A DNA stretch of 63,973 nucleotides, the filler included. It is 6 parts of 6 records of this genome, joined end to end, with 100 filler letters (N's around TTAATTAATTAA, not from the genome) between each part and the next. Parts side by side here need not be neighbours in the genome. Positions count along the whole stretch, not along the records: positions 24,230 to 32,884 come from SRR20825006_1751; positions 32,985 to 41,714 come from SRR20825006_1754; 4 more parts are not named here. One strand, 5' to 3'. This document shows positions 31,213 through 40,880 of this stretch, in pieces; the stretch's first letter is position 1, and every line of letters starts with the position of its first letter. The notes beneath the pieces are model-generated. The model did no database searches. It saw only the letters and a list, made by a program, of their open reading frames with translations, and was not told where the DNA came from. The translations under genes and the position numbers were made by a program.

Positions 31213-32415
31213 TTATTCTAATTTTAAAAATGTTTCGGTATAAGGTTTGGGTTCACCTTCTTTCAAAATTATATCTCCTACTAAATAGTCCAATACTGTT
31301 CCTAAAAGGAGTAGTATTCCATTTGACACTTCCGATGCTAAATTTGATTTTTTATGATTATTTAAAATACTATTATGGTACCATTTTAATGGTATTTGAT
31401 GACTAATTATTTGTCCATAGTCCGTTGAACCAAAATAATTTGTTAGGAAGAAACCTTCACCACGATGGGTTTTCATTTCTGTTAATTTCAGTTTTTTTAA
31501 TTCAGCCGTATCCTTTACCTTATATTTCACTTCTTTTTCAATTGATTTAAAATAATCAAGCCATACAAGTCCAATTTCCTGATTTCTTCTATATTTTAAT
31601 TCGGGTATTTTATTTTCAATGTGTTCAATGTTCTTTTCTAGTTGCTCTAGGTACAAATCATTATCATCGGTAGAGCCTGTAGACTTCTTATCAGAAATTA
31701 GTTCCTGAACTCCAAATGTTGTTTCAATCTTATTATTGAAATTAGTAACAAATCGGTAAGTTGGTATCATTTCTTTATTTTTTAAAGGCTCAACTAGTCT
31801 ATAATACTCTTGATAAATTGGGTCTTTTTCTGAAAATTGACTTGAACTATATGGGTCAACATTAATTCTCAAAAAGGTGAAATAAAAAAGGTTCAAAATC
31901 AAGTATGCGATTCCTGTAATTTTTAGAGATTTAATATTGTTATTTTCAATTGCAAATCCCGATACTAGAATTAAATATATTCCCGAAATCCCAGATAAGA
32001 AATCAGCAACGTACTTGTAAGTATAGTTTTCTGTAGTCAGGAATAATGTGAAAATTATGATTATGATCGGCATTAAAACAAATTGAAAACCTGTCACATA
32101 AATCATTATTTTACCCAAATAGTCTTTTTTTCCTAAAATACGTGTCGAGATAACAAACAAAATTATTACTGGAATTACGGAAAAGAGATTTAAAATGGCA
32201 GGTTTAATCCAATCGGATATGCTCGTACCAATAGAAAGAAAAATAAATGATGCGGTATAAATTGTAAAATGAAAAAAGAACTGTCTTAACTTTTCGTTTT
32301 TATCCTTTCCTACTATTTTATCTATTATTTTTCGTGGTTTGATTAAGAAAAAAAGGAACTCATTAATCCATTCCGAGATTTCTTCACTTTTATAATCCTT
32401 AAAGAAATCTAACAT
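31213..32415 (-). CDS. Hypothetical membrane protein (about 5 N-terminal TM helices, soluble domain, C-terminal hydrophobic segment)
   Basis: 400-aa ORF in AT-rich DNA. Topology from hydrophobicity; no motif recognised. Confidence 0.7.
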   Translation of the reverse strand: MLDFFKDYKSEEISEWINEFLFFLIKPRKIIDKIVGKDKNEKLRQFFFHFTIYTASFIFLSIGTSISDWIKPAILNLFSVIPVIILFVISTRILGKKDYLGKIMIYVTGFQFVLMPIIIIIFTLFLTTENYTYKYVADFLSGISGIYLILVSGFAIENNNIKSLKITGIAYLILNLFYFTFLRINVDPYSSSQFSEKDPIYQEYYRLVEPLKNKEMIPTYRFVTNFNNKIETTFGVQELISDKKSTGSTDDNDLYLEQLEKNIEHIENKIPELKYRRNQEIGLVWLDYFKSIEKEVKYKVKDTAELKKLKLTEMKTHRGEGFFLTNYFGSTDYGQIISHQIPLKWYHNSILNNHKKSNLASEVSNGILLLLGTVLDYLVGDIILKEGEPKPYTETFLKLE

Positions 32416-32466
32416 TTCATTTTTTATTTAAATTGTTGGTCTCGGTCTCGGCTCATTGTAGTTGCG

Positions 32467-32782
32467 GCTCACTGTAAATTTTTTGGGGATGGTGATAAAT
32501 GTAAGAATTTTCAATAAATAAGAAAATGTGGAATCCCGTAAAGAGTTGAAATAATTTCATCCTATTCGAACATTGGAATGCTTTCGTTTTTGTTTTGCTG
32601 CGCAAAAGAAAAATGTAAAGCAAGAGGATAGCACGCTGGCGCGATGCTATTGATTTATTTTCCTTCGGAAAAGCCCATTTTTAAAGAGATTTTTGAAAAT
32701 ATTAATTAATTGGAATTAAAGAGTTTTTCATGGAAAAGTACTCTCAGCCCAGTAAAATCAATGAATTTTTCATGGAAAAATG
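32467..32782. repeat. Structured non-coding element, copy 2 (upstream of 400-aa membrane gene)
   Basis: Diverged collinear copy of 30628-30965. Confidence 0.85.
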
Positions 32783-32884
32783 CTTTTTTGAGGTTTATTC
32801 AAGGATATCTATAGCCGAATCTCTATGGGAAATACATATTAGCGACCAATTTTCCATTTTTGGTGAAAAAATGCTCTCAGCCCA

Positions 32885-32984
32885 NNNNNNNNNNNNNNNN
32901 NNNNNNNNNNNNNNNNNNNNNNNNNNNNTTAATTAATTAANNNNNNNNNNNNNNNNNNNNNNNNNNNNNNNNNNNNNNNNNNNN
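32885..32984. other. Artificial contig linker
   Basis: N44-TTAATTAATTAA-N44. Confidence 0.98.
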
Positions 32985-33224
32985 CCAGAACGACAAAAAT
33001 CAACACGCTGTTAGCCGCCCGTAAAGGAGCGTAGGACGAAATTAAGCCATTTTTCGAGACTAACAGCTTTAAAGTGCAAGGGTTTCGACTACGCTAAGCT
33101 CTGATTAGGCTGCTAAGTGCAAAAATTTTATTCAGCCATGGATGTTCCCTGAAAGTCGCATGAGCTGCGAAGACTAATCCTTTTCGTCAGGGTGATTTTC
33201 TACCATCGACCGACAGTAGAGCAA

Positions 33225-34496
33225 ATGAAAATCGTAATTTTGGGTCTTGGTTATGTCGGATTGACTGCCTCGGCCTGTGCGGTAAAAGAGGGGCATTATG
33301 TTCACGGCGTGGACACTAACGAATCGAAGGTGAGAGACCTGAATCAAGGAAGCTGCCCAATCTTTGAGCCTGGTCTCGAAGATCTACTTCGAGGCGGAAT
33401 CAACGTTGGGAACTTTAGCGCATCCACTGAAATTGGTAGCGAGATTTCGGATGCCGATATTGCGATCGTCTGTGTCGGAACACCAAGTTTATCCAATGGC
33501 GCCCATAACATGGCGTACATTGCCTCATGTACGCGAGATTTGTCTACATCGTTGTTACTGCACGGCCGCAGCGTAAAAACGCCACTTGTCGTTGCGTATC
33601 GGTCGACCGTTCGACCCGGGACCATGGAGGAGCTCGTCCAGCCGATTATGAGACATGTACTTGGATCGGACACTGCGCTATGCGAAATTGTTTATAATCC
33701 AGAGTTTTTACGCGAATCGACTGCGATAAACGACTACTTCTCACCCCCGAAGATAGTGGTGGGCACACACGACGGAGCTGAAAATGCCGTTATCGCTAGC
33801 TTGTACAAAAATATCACTGCGCCGACCTTTTATGTTCCATTCAAGGTAGCGGAGGTAACTAAGTTTGTCGATAACACGTTCCATGCTTTGAAAGTGGCTT
33901 ATGCTAACGAAGTAGGTCGCATATGTTACAAACTGGGGATTTCTGCCGCCAAAACGCATGAAATATTCGTTTCTGACACAAAGTTGAATATATCCCCCTA
34001 TTACACTCGTCCTGGGGGGGCGTTCGGGGGGTCGTGTCTGCCGAAAGACGTTCGTGCTTTTGCAACTATTTCGTCAGATATTGGGGGCAGTACCCATTTG
34101 ATAGATTGCCTAATTCGAAGCAACGCAGATCACAAAAGATTTCTGTTCGAGGAAGGTACGAAAGGCCTTTTGCCGGGAGCGAAGGTTTTGTTGAATGGCA
34201 TTGCGTTCAAGGCGAATTCAGATGATCTACGTGAAAGTCCACTTGTTGAAATTGCTGAAATGATCCTGCGGAGTGGATTTAACCTGGAAATCCACGACCC
34301 CAACGTAATGCCTGAGCGTTTGGTCGGAGCAAACTTGGGGTACCAGTTGGCAAGCATACCTACCTTGGGGAGCTTGTTAGTGACTGAGAGGCACGCAAAG
34401 ACAACTACCTACGATCTTGTCTTTGACGCGAGAGGTACAGCTCGCCGTCTCGGAATTCGATCCGATAAAGTGTTTCGGATCGACACGTTGGCATAG
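33225..34496 (+). CDS. Nucleotide-sugar dehydrogenase, GDP-mannose 6-dehydrogenase (AlgD)-like
   Basis: GLGYVG, CVGTP, NPEFLRE, KLNISPYYTRPGGAFGGSCLPKD, FKANSDDLRESP. ATG at 33225. Confidence 0.9.
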   Translation: MKIVILGLGYVGLTASACAVKEGHYVHGVDTNESKVRDLNQGSCPIFEPGLEDLLRGGINVGNFSASTEIGSEISDADIAIVCVGTPSLSNGAHNMAYIASCTRDLSTSLLLHGRSVKTPLVVAYRSTVRPGTMEELVQPIMRHVLGSDTALCEIVYNPEFLRESTAINDYFSPPKIVVGTHDGAENAVIASLYKNITAPTFYVPFKVAEVTKFVDNTFHALKVAYANEVGRICYKLGISAAKTHEIFVSDTKLNISPYYTRPGGAFGGSCLPKDVRAFATISSDIGGSTHLIDCLIRSNADHKRFLFEEGTKGLLPGAKVLLNGIAFKANSDDLRESPLVEIAEMILRSGFNLEIHDPNVMPERLVGANLGYQLASIPTLGSLLVTERHAKTTTYDLVFDARGTARRLGIRSDKVFRIDTLA

Positions 34497-34601
34497 ACCT
34501 GAGCAAAGAGCACAAAGAACTTTGCAATGGTAGGTGCTGGCGTTTAGTCTATTAAGAAGCCTTAGTTTTGAAGACGAGTTTTATTCAACGGAGACAGAAA
34601 C

Positions 34602-35732
34602 GTGTTGTTTCTTCTTGTAGCTGTACTGTGCGCCCTTTTGCTGGTCTACCCGTATATCCTGTACCCACTCACTCTGTCCTTCTTCAAAAAAGTCCCAATC
34701 GCGTGCAGGGGATCTCGACGCAGGGCTGTCACGTCCGCGCTTGTCTTCTGTGCATACAATGAGCAGAAGTCGCTTCCGGAAAAAATCAACAACATCAGAG
34801 AGATCAAAAAAAATAATCCGACACTTGATGTTGTGGCGTACTCTGATAATTCTTCTGACCTAACCGACGAAATGCTCACCGAAGCATCGGATGTCATCCG
34901 TCTTATTCGGGGGACTTCCCGGGTTGGCAAGGCTACAGGCATGAAACGGATCGTCGCTACACTCACGGCCGATGTCATAATATTTACTGATGCAAATGTC
35001 ATTTTAGAGCCAGGGGCAGTGCCACGCCTGTTGAGCTACTTTGAAGACAGCGAAATTGCCTGTGTTGCAGGGCACTTGCACTACGTAAACTCAGGTGACA
35101 GTGTTACCTCAGGTATTGGTTCGTTATACTGGAGGCTGGAGGAGTGGATTAAACAAAGAGAATCGACGACAGGGTCAACTCTTGGCGCAGACGGTTCGAT
35201 ATTTGCAACACGAAGAGCGTACTATCCAGATGTCCCTTGTAATTTACTTGATGACATGTGTGTTTCCATGAACCCTTTGTTCCTAGGCAAACGCGTGGTT
35301 TCGGCAACAGATGTTGTCGCCTTCGAACGAGCAGCGACCAGTGCTCGCGACGAATTCAATCGCAAGAGGCGAATTGCTTGTCGGGCATTTAGGACCCACA
35401 TGCACCTCAGGAAAGAAATCAGATCGCTAAATGCTTTGATGCGATATAAGTACTACTCGCATAAGTTTCTGCGGTGGTTTGGTATCGTTCCTCTTTTTAT
35501 AGGCAGTCTATCCTTTCTGGCATCTGTTTTTCTCTTGTGTGGGGTGAGCTGGTTTTTCTTCGTTGTCGTTGTTGTTTTGGCGTTGGTAGCAATCGGGAAG
35601 GTAGCATGTGTTCCGGTAGTTTCTCAAATCGTAGAAATTTTGTCGAGTGTTGTAGCGACAGGCATTGGGGTGTTTGAAGGAATCGGCGGGAAAGACTATA
35701 CGACATGGCAACCTGCTGAAAGCAGGGGGTAG
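34602..35732 (+). CDS. Glycosyltransferase family 2
   Basis: AYNE, DNSSD, FTDAN, GADGSIFA, DD, RKRRI; N- and C-terminal TM helices. Confidence 0.9.
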   Translation: MLFLLVAVLCALLLVYPYILYPLTLSFFKKVPIACRGSRRRAVTSALVFCAYNEQKSLPEKINNIREIKKNNPTLDVVAYSDNSSDLTDEMLTEASDVIRLIRGTSRVGKATGMKRIVATLTADVIIFTDANVILEPGAVPRLLSYFEDSEIACVAGHLHYVNSGDSVTSGIGSLYWRLEEWIKQRESTTGSTLGADGSIFATRRAYYPDVPCNLLDDMCVSMNPLFLGKRVVSATDVVAFERAATSARDEFNRKRRIACRAFRTHMHLRKEIRSLNALMRYKYYSHKFLRWFGIVPLFIGSLSFLASVFLLCGVSWFFFVVVVVLALVAIGKVACVPVVSQIVEILSSVVATGIGVFEGIGGKDYTTWQPAESRG

Positions 35733-35781
35733 TATCATGTTATTGAATTCATTCGCCCTCCATGGGTAAACGGTATACCTA

Positions 35782-37023
35782 ATGGCCAAGTCACCGACTC
35801 AGTTTCTCTCAAAACCTCTTTATCAGCCGAAGACGCTGGACATGGCCTTACCGTGGGCCGGAGTTGCTTTAGTTGAATATCTTTTGCTCTACGCAGTTTA
35901 TCCGTCGGTGCACGAGCATTTCAGGTATATGAGTTTCGAAATGACCGGGTACAACCATGGCCTGCATTTGGCAAGCTTGTTCCTGTTGGTGATTTTTGGA
36001 GTACTGAGCGTTGGGGTATTCGCTCGTGTAAACCTATTGATTACCGCTGTACCAACTGGTGTGATGTCTGGGTTTGGGGCAGTCTCAACGGAGCTGGGGA
36101 TCCTAAGCATGTTCCTGCAGGCATATCTGGTCTTGCTAGATAGAAATTGGAGCATTTTCCCTTCGCTGCCAGATGTTGGACCGAGGCATAGATATATAGT
36201 TCTTGGCGTTTCCGCAGTGTTCTCCCTGGGTGTGCTTATTGTATTTCGCGACCTAGTCAAATTTTCCAATTTAACAGACGTTTATGGAAATCGCTCGCTT
36301 TATGCGGATCGTGTCACTGATGGTGGAGGGTTGTTGACTTATTCAAAACTCGCTATTAAGGTGCTGCTCATAGCGTTAGTCGGGCTTGCTTATGAGAAGC
36401 GGTATATTAGCGTGGCAGCAATCGTGACTGCGTTTGTTTTTTATACAATCTTCAGTTCGAAATTTATGCTTTTTTTGCCCTTTGTGGCATGGGCCTTTCC
36501 AGTCATGATGAGAAAGGCCAGATGGGTGCTTATTGCATTGCTGCTGATAGGAGGAATGTATTTTGCTGCCAAGGAAACTGCGTATGAAATTAACGTCGTT
36601 GGGCTAATGCGTCGAGCGTTTCTTTTGCCTTGTCTGCTGAATGATATTTACTTGACGATGATGCATGAGTTGGGGCCTCAGTACTTTACAACATCTGCAC
36701 TGTCACCATTTTTCGACAGTCAGGGAGTTGTGCTTGCACGAGAAGCTAATGTGCATCTTTTGGGCGACGACACCTCAAACGCAAATACAGGCATAATTGG
36801 ATCAGGTGTCATTCAGCTTGGTTTTGCCGGCCCATTTATCTACGCGACGATTTACGTTTTCTTGGCCAACTTGAACAGTGGATACCGAAAAAAGGACCCC
36901 GTCACGCTAAGTGTGTTATGCGTATTTATCCTCACAGCTCTTGGCATATCGGACATCACAACCACATTGTTTCTTCACGGAGGAATTGTGTTTTGCTTGC
37001 TGATGCGTTACTCGCGCCCCTAG
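35782..37023 (+). CDS. Putative Wzy-type polysaccharide polymerase
   Basis: About 10-11 TM helices with a large loop (NANTGIIGSG..LGF.G), inside a glycan locus. Confidence 0.65.
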   Translation: MAKSPTQFLSKPLYQPKTLDMALPWAGVALVEYLLLYAVYPSVHEHFRYMSFEMTGYNHGLHLASLFLLVIFGVLSVGVFARVNLLITAVPTGVMSGFGAVSTELGILSMFLQAYLVLLDRNWSIFPSLPDVGPRHRYIVLGVSAVFSLGVLIVFRDLVKFSNLTDVYGNRSLYADRVTDGGGLLTYSKLAIKVLLIALVGLAYEKRYISVAAIVTAFVFYTIFSSKFMLFLPFVAWAFPVMMRKARWVLIALLLIGGMYFAAKETAYEINVVGLMRRAFLLPCLLNDIYLTMMHELGPQYFTTSALSPFFDSQGVVLAREANVHLLGDDTSNANTGIIGSGVIQLGFAGPFIYATIYVFLANLNSGYRKKDPVTLSVLCVFILTALGISDITTTLFLHGGIVFCLLMRYSRP

Positions 37024-37520
37024 TTTGGTTGGTTGCCAAGATTCTAGTTGTGCAGCGTTTTTTTCTGTATAGTGATTTTATGAATCGAGCAAGGATTCTG
37101 TCGTGTCGGTTTCTTGGAGCTCAAATCGGAAAAGGCGTTACGATTCGGCCGGGAGTATTGATGAAGGGGGTTGGGAATATCAGGATCGGCGACAACGTGT
37201 TTATTGGGGAGCAGTCTTGCCTTGTTGCCTACGGCGGAACAATTGAGATAGGCGATGACACACTCATTGCGGATCAGGTCTATATATCGACGCGAAACCA
37301 TCGCTTCCGTTCCGCATGTAAGACGATTCGATCGCAGGGCTACAAGGGAGGTGATGTTTGGATTGGACCAGACGTATGGCTTGCTCATGGGGTGGTTGTT
37401 TTGGCTGGCACCCGCCTTTCTAAAGGCACTGTCGTAGGTTCTGCCCTCGTTGCCCCGAAAGCCAGCAAAGAATACCAGGCTTTCACGTTAGCAGGCGAGT
37501 TTTTGAGAGAGTCTGAATGA
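36918..37520 (+). CDS. Hexapeptide-repeat acyltransferase (true start probably further downstream)
   Basis: IGKGVTI, IGDNVFIG, IGDDTLI, IGPDVWL left-handed beta-helix repeats. Confidence 0.8.
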   Translation: MRIYPHSSWHIGHHNHIVSSRRNCVLLADALLAPLVWLVAKILVVQRFFLYSDFMNRARILSCRFLGAQIGKGVTIRPGVLMKGVGNIRIGDNVFIGEQSCLVAYGGTIEIGDDTLIADQVYISTRNHRFRSACKTIRSQGYKGGDVWIGPDVWLAHGVVVLAGTRLSKGTVVGSALVAPKASKEYQAFTLAGEFLRESE

Positions 37521-38494
37521 TCGTATTGGCCAAACCAATTTCGAATCCGAACCCACGCAATTCACAGCTCTATGAATTCATGCAAGCTAACGAGGCTGTT
37601 GATGTGCTCGAGTTTTCTGCATTTCGTCTGCTATTTAAAAGATTTGACGTGCTTCACATTCACTGGCCGGATAGAATTTTTTATTGGAAGATTCCAGCGG
37701 TGGCTGCTCTTGGGGTCCTTGGAACGCTCTTTCTTATTGCAAAAGTTAAAGGTGGCAAGATTGTGTATACGTGCCACAATTTTTTCCCGAAGAACCGTGT
37801 GTCGCGTTGCTGGCTGCGACTTTACTTCAGTATACTGCGATGGGGGGTGGATGGGGTAATATGCCCGCGTGGGGATTTTGTCGGGCGTGTTAGTCGCATT
37901 TTCCCTAAAGCCAGAATCTCATTTGTGCCGCTTGGCTTATTGAACGCACCTGAGCAGTCGGATGATTCTATCTTGAGTGATCTATTTGATTCAAGCCGAC
38001 ACCGTGGCTACCTGCTTATACCAGGTATCCAAGAGCCAACCAAGAAAACCGAGCTGGCAATTGACAAAATCCTTCAATGGTCTCCTGGTAGGAGTGTTCT
38101 GGTTGTTGGGAAATTTACAGAGCCTACTTACCTTGCGTTTCTTTTGGCCCGTTATTCAACGAGCAAAAACGTCGAGATTCGGGACAGGTACCTTAGTGAC
38201 GTTCAGCTTGCAACACTGATACGAAGGGCGGACGCGGTCGTTGCATCGCAACACAAAGGTTCAAATTCTGGAATTGCTTTACTTTCGATCGCTCTGGGGA
38301 AGCCATGCTTTTGCGCAACAGCTTCTCTTGCTTCAGCAGTCCGCCGAGATTATACCACTTCGCTCGCGATGTCGCTAAAGGACTTGGAATCCTGGGGAGA
38401 TCTTCCGCGTGAAAGACAACGTTGCCTATACACGATGGACTATGTAGCATCGCGAACCAACGAGTTCTATAACGATGTTCTAGGGTACGCTTAG
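37517..38494 (+). CDS. Glycosyltransferase (GT4/GT-B-like)
   Basis: LHIHWP, YTCHN, ADAVV...NSGIALL..ALGKP. ATGA overlap with the previous gene. Confidence 0.75.
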   Translation: MIVLAKPISNPNPRNSQLYEFMQANEAVDVLEFSAFRLLFKRFDVLHIHWPDRIFYWKIPAVAALGVLGTLFLIAKVKGGKIVYTCHNFFPKNRVSRCWLRLYFSILRWGVDGVICPRGDFVGRVSRIFPKARISFVPLGLLNAPEQSDDSILSDLFDSSRHRGYLLIPGIQEPTKKTELAIDKILQWSPGRSVLVVGKFTEPTYLAFLLARYSTSKNVEIRDRYLSDVQLATLIRRADAVVASQHKGSNSGIALLSIALGKPCFCATASLASAVRRDYTTSLAMSLKDLESWGDLPRERQRCLYTMDYVASRTNEFYNDVLGYA

Positions 38495-38496
38495 GC

Positions 38497-39237
38497 ATGA
38501 TTGTATCGCATTCTAATAAATATATTTTTATTGCTATCCATCACACAGGTAGCACCGTGATAGAAGAAGAGCTTTGCGAGCATTATGGGGGCAAGAAAGT
38601 GCGACATAAGCACTCGTTACCTGCATTGTTGCCGCGTTCGGTTCGTGGCTACAAGCTCATAGGAGGAGTGCGCAACCCAGCCTCTGACCTGTGTGCTCAG
38701 TATCAAAAATACCTCACTGATCATAGAGGCATCTATTCAGATCAGATTTCTGGGAATGCTGAGCAAAGATTCATGACTAAAAAGGCGGTTCGGCTGTTCC
38801 GAGGGATTCAGGCTGGCGAGATTTCGTTCGAGAAATTTGTTGATATTAGCACGCGTGTTCCGTACGTTGCAAGAATTGCACTGTTGCGTTCTCGATACAC
38901 GTATGTGTATCGAGTTGAGGAATTAGAAGAAGAGTTTCCCAAGATTTTGATGCACTGTGGGATCACCCCTGTTCGGTCACTTCCCGTGAGAAATCGAACG
39001 ACTTACGCAGGTGAGCGAGCGGATCTGAGCAGCCTGCTACTCCATCCTGGTCTTCGTGCTGCTGCGGTTGAACTGAATTATTTGGACGCTCCTATTTCCA
39101 GAGTTGATGGGTTCGCTTATAGGATGGCCAAACGTTTGAAAACGACCGCTTGGTTCGCACGTGAGTTCAAATCTGTCATGCGACACCCGGGTTTTTTGGA
39201 ATTGGAATCCGCTTTGATAAACGAAACACCCCGCTGA
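38497..39237 (+). CDS. Sulfotransferase family 2-like protein
   Basis: MIVSHSNKYIFIAIHHTGST (PAPS-loop-like), HKH, VRNP, YRVEEL. Confidence 0.6.
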   Translation: MIVSHSNKYIFIAIHHTGSTVIEEELCEHYGGKKVRHKHSLPALLPRSVRGYKLIGGVRNPASDLCAQYQKYLTDHRGIYSDQISGNAEQRFMTKKAVRLFRGIQAGEISFEKFVDISTRVPYVARIALLRSRYTYVYRVEELEEEFPKILMHCGITPVRSLPVRNRTTYAGERADLSSLLLHPGLRAAAVELNYLDAPISRVDGFAYRMAKRLKTTAWFAREFKSVMRHPGFLELESALINETPR

Positions 39238-39264
39238 GTAGAGTAACTGTTCGGTGAAGCGGTG

Positions 39265-40800
39265 TTATTTCTGCTTGCCGTGGTCGGTGAGTTTTGCTTC
39301 GGGGTGAGCTTGCAGCCAGCGGTCGGGAAGGAATTCTTCCAGGTGGTCGGTTTGGCGACGTGGCAGTTCTGTCAGCAGAACACGAAGGTACCGATAGGGA
39401 TCCACACCAAGCAGCTTGCAAGTCGCGATCAAGCTCATTAGCGTCGCGGCGGTTTGTCCACCTCGGTCGCTCCCGGCAAACATCCAGTTCTTACGACCGA
39501 TCGCAACACATCGAATCGTTCGCTCGGACAAGTTGTTGTCGATCGATAGCTCTCCGTCTTCGGTGTAACGACACAACGCCGTCCATTGATTACGAGCGTA
39601 GTTGATCGCCTTGCCAAGCGGGCTCTTGGGCAAGATTTCGACCGACTGTTGATCCAGCCATGATGCAAACGCCTCCAACTTTCCCACCGCATGTTTTTGA
39701 CGAAGCTGCCGTCACGCCGCAGCATCCAGCTTGGAAGCCTTGCGTTCGAGACCATACAGCTGACCAATCAGGTTGAGCGCGTGCGTAGCACCGACCCGCG
39801 CCGAGTCTTTCGCTTCGTGGAACTTGCGACGTGCGTGTGCCCAGCAAGCCACCTCGGTCATGTTGCCATGATCGCACAGTTGGTCGTAGCCCGAGTACGC
39901 GTCGGCTTGCAGGTAACCGGAGTACTCACCCAAGAACTCTCGCGGCCTAGCCCCTTTCCGATCCGGCGTGTAATCGAACACCGCATAACGATGGCGAAGA
40001 TCGCCAATGTAGACCCATATTCGGCCTGTTTTGGTTTTGCTTTGAGTCGGATCGAGCACCGGAACGGTCGTGTCATCGGTCCAGATCACACGGCTGACCA
40101 GAATCTCCGACTTCATCCGTGACACGACTGGATCGACCAGCTCAGCGATCCGACGCATCCAATCGCACTGCGTGCTCCGCGAGACCGACAAGCCACTGCG
40201 GCAGAGGATTTCTTCCATTCGGTACAGTGGCAAGTGATCGCCGTACTTGCCCACCGCGATCGCCGCCAACAGTCCCGGGGCGACCAGGCCTTTGTCGATT
40301 GGCTGAGCCGGCTTGGGAGTAGTCACGACTTTCTCTTCGCAATCGCCACAGGCATACTTGGCCCGAGCGTGCTCGATGACATAGAGCTTGGCTGGTTCGT
40401 ATTCGACCTGTTCGCTGGTCTCCCAGCCAATCCGCTTTCGGGGTTTTCCACAGCAGGGGCAAAGTCGATCGCCTTCGGGCAGTTCATGCTCCACGCGAGT
40501 GCGAGGCAAATCGGTGGGAAGTCGACGACGCCCGTGACCACGACGTGGTGGTCTTGGTTTACCATCCTCTTCGGCCGGTTCGTCGCCGGTATCGTCCACA
40601 TCCTCACGACCGAGGTCAAAGAGTTCCAACTGGTCAGGATCAAGCTTCTCGCTGCGAGGACCATACTTACTTCGCAGTAGCATCGCCAAGCGATGCTCGA
40701 GCTGTTCTTTGTCGAGTTGATGTTCACGGATCAATTGCTTCATCATTGACTTCAGCTGAGCTGCGTTATCGGGAAGCGATTCGACGTCCATGTCCGTCAT
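39265..40800 (-). pseudogene. tnpC: IS66 transposase TnpC with in-frame TGA at 39712-39714
   Basis: Zn-finger CPCCG, DDT, QADAYSGY, CWAHARRKF, then stop. The same frame continues RQLRQKH...IDNNLSERTIR..AIGRKNW. Confidence 0.9.
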
Positions 40801-40880
40801 GGTTTCGGCGCTGACGAGAGAATGAAGTGAACGATGACATTATAACGAATTGCCATTTCACCTCGATGGCGGATCTCCAA

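Noticed and set aside
30953-31406. ORFs 30953-31192 (-) and 31083-31406 (+)
   Set aside because: No recognisable protein features. They overlap repeat or hairpin DNA, or run antisense to the 400-aa gene.
30628-32884. Repeats as a CRISPR array
   Set aside because: Only two long diverged copies separated by a gene; no short repeat-spacer periodicity and no cas genes.
32730-32936. 68-aa ORF at the end of segment 2
   Set aside because: Begins inside the non-coding repeat and runs into the N linker.
39712-39714. TGA in tnpC as selenocysteine or programmed readthrough
   Set aside because: The position corresponds to a probable Arg, not Cys, and tnpA is also damaged; decay is simpler.
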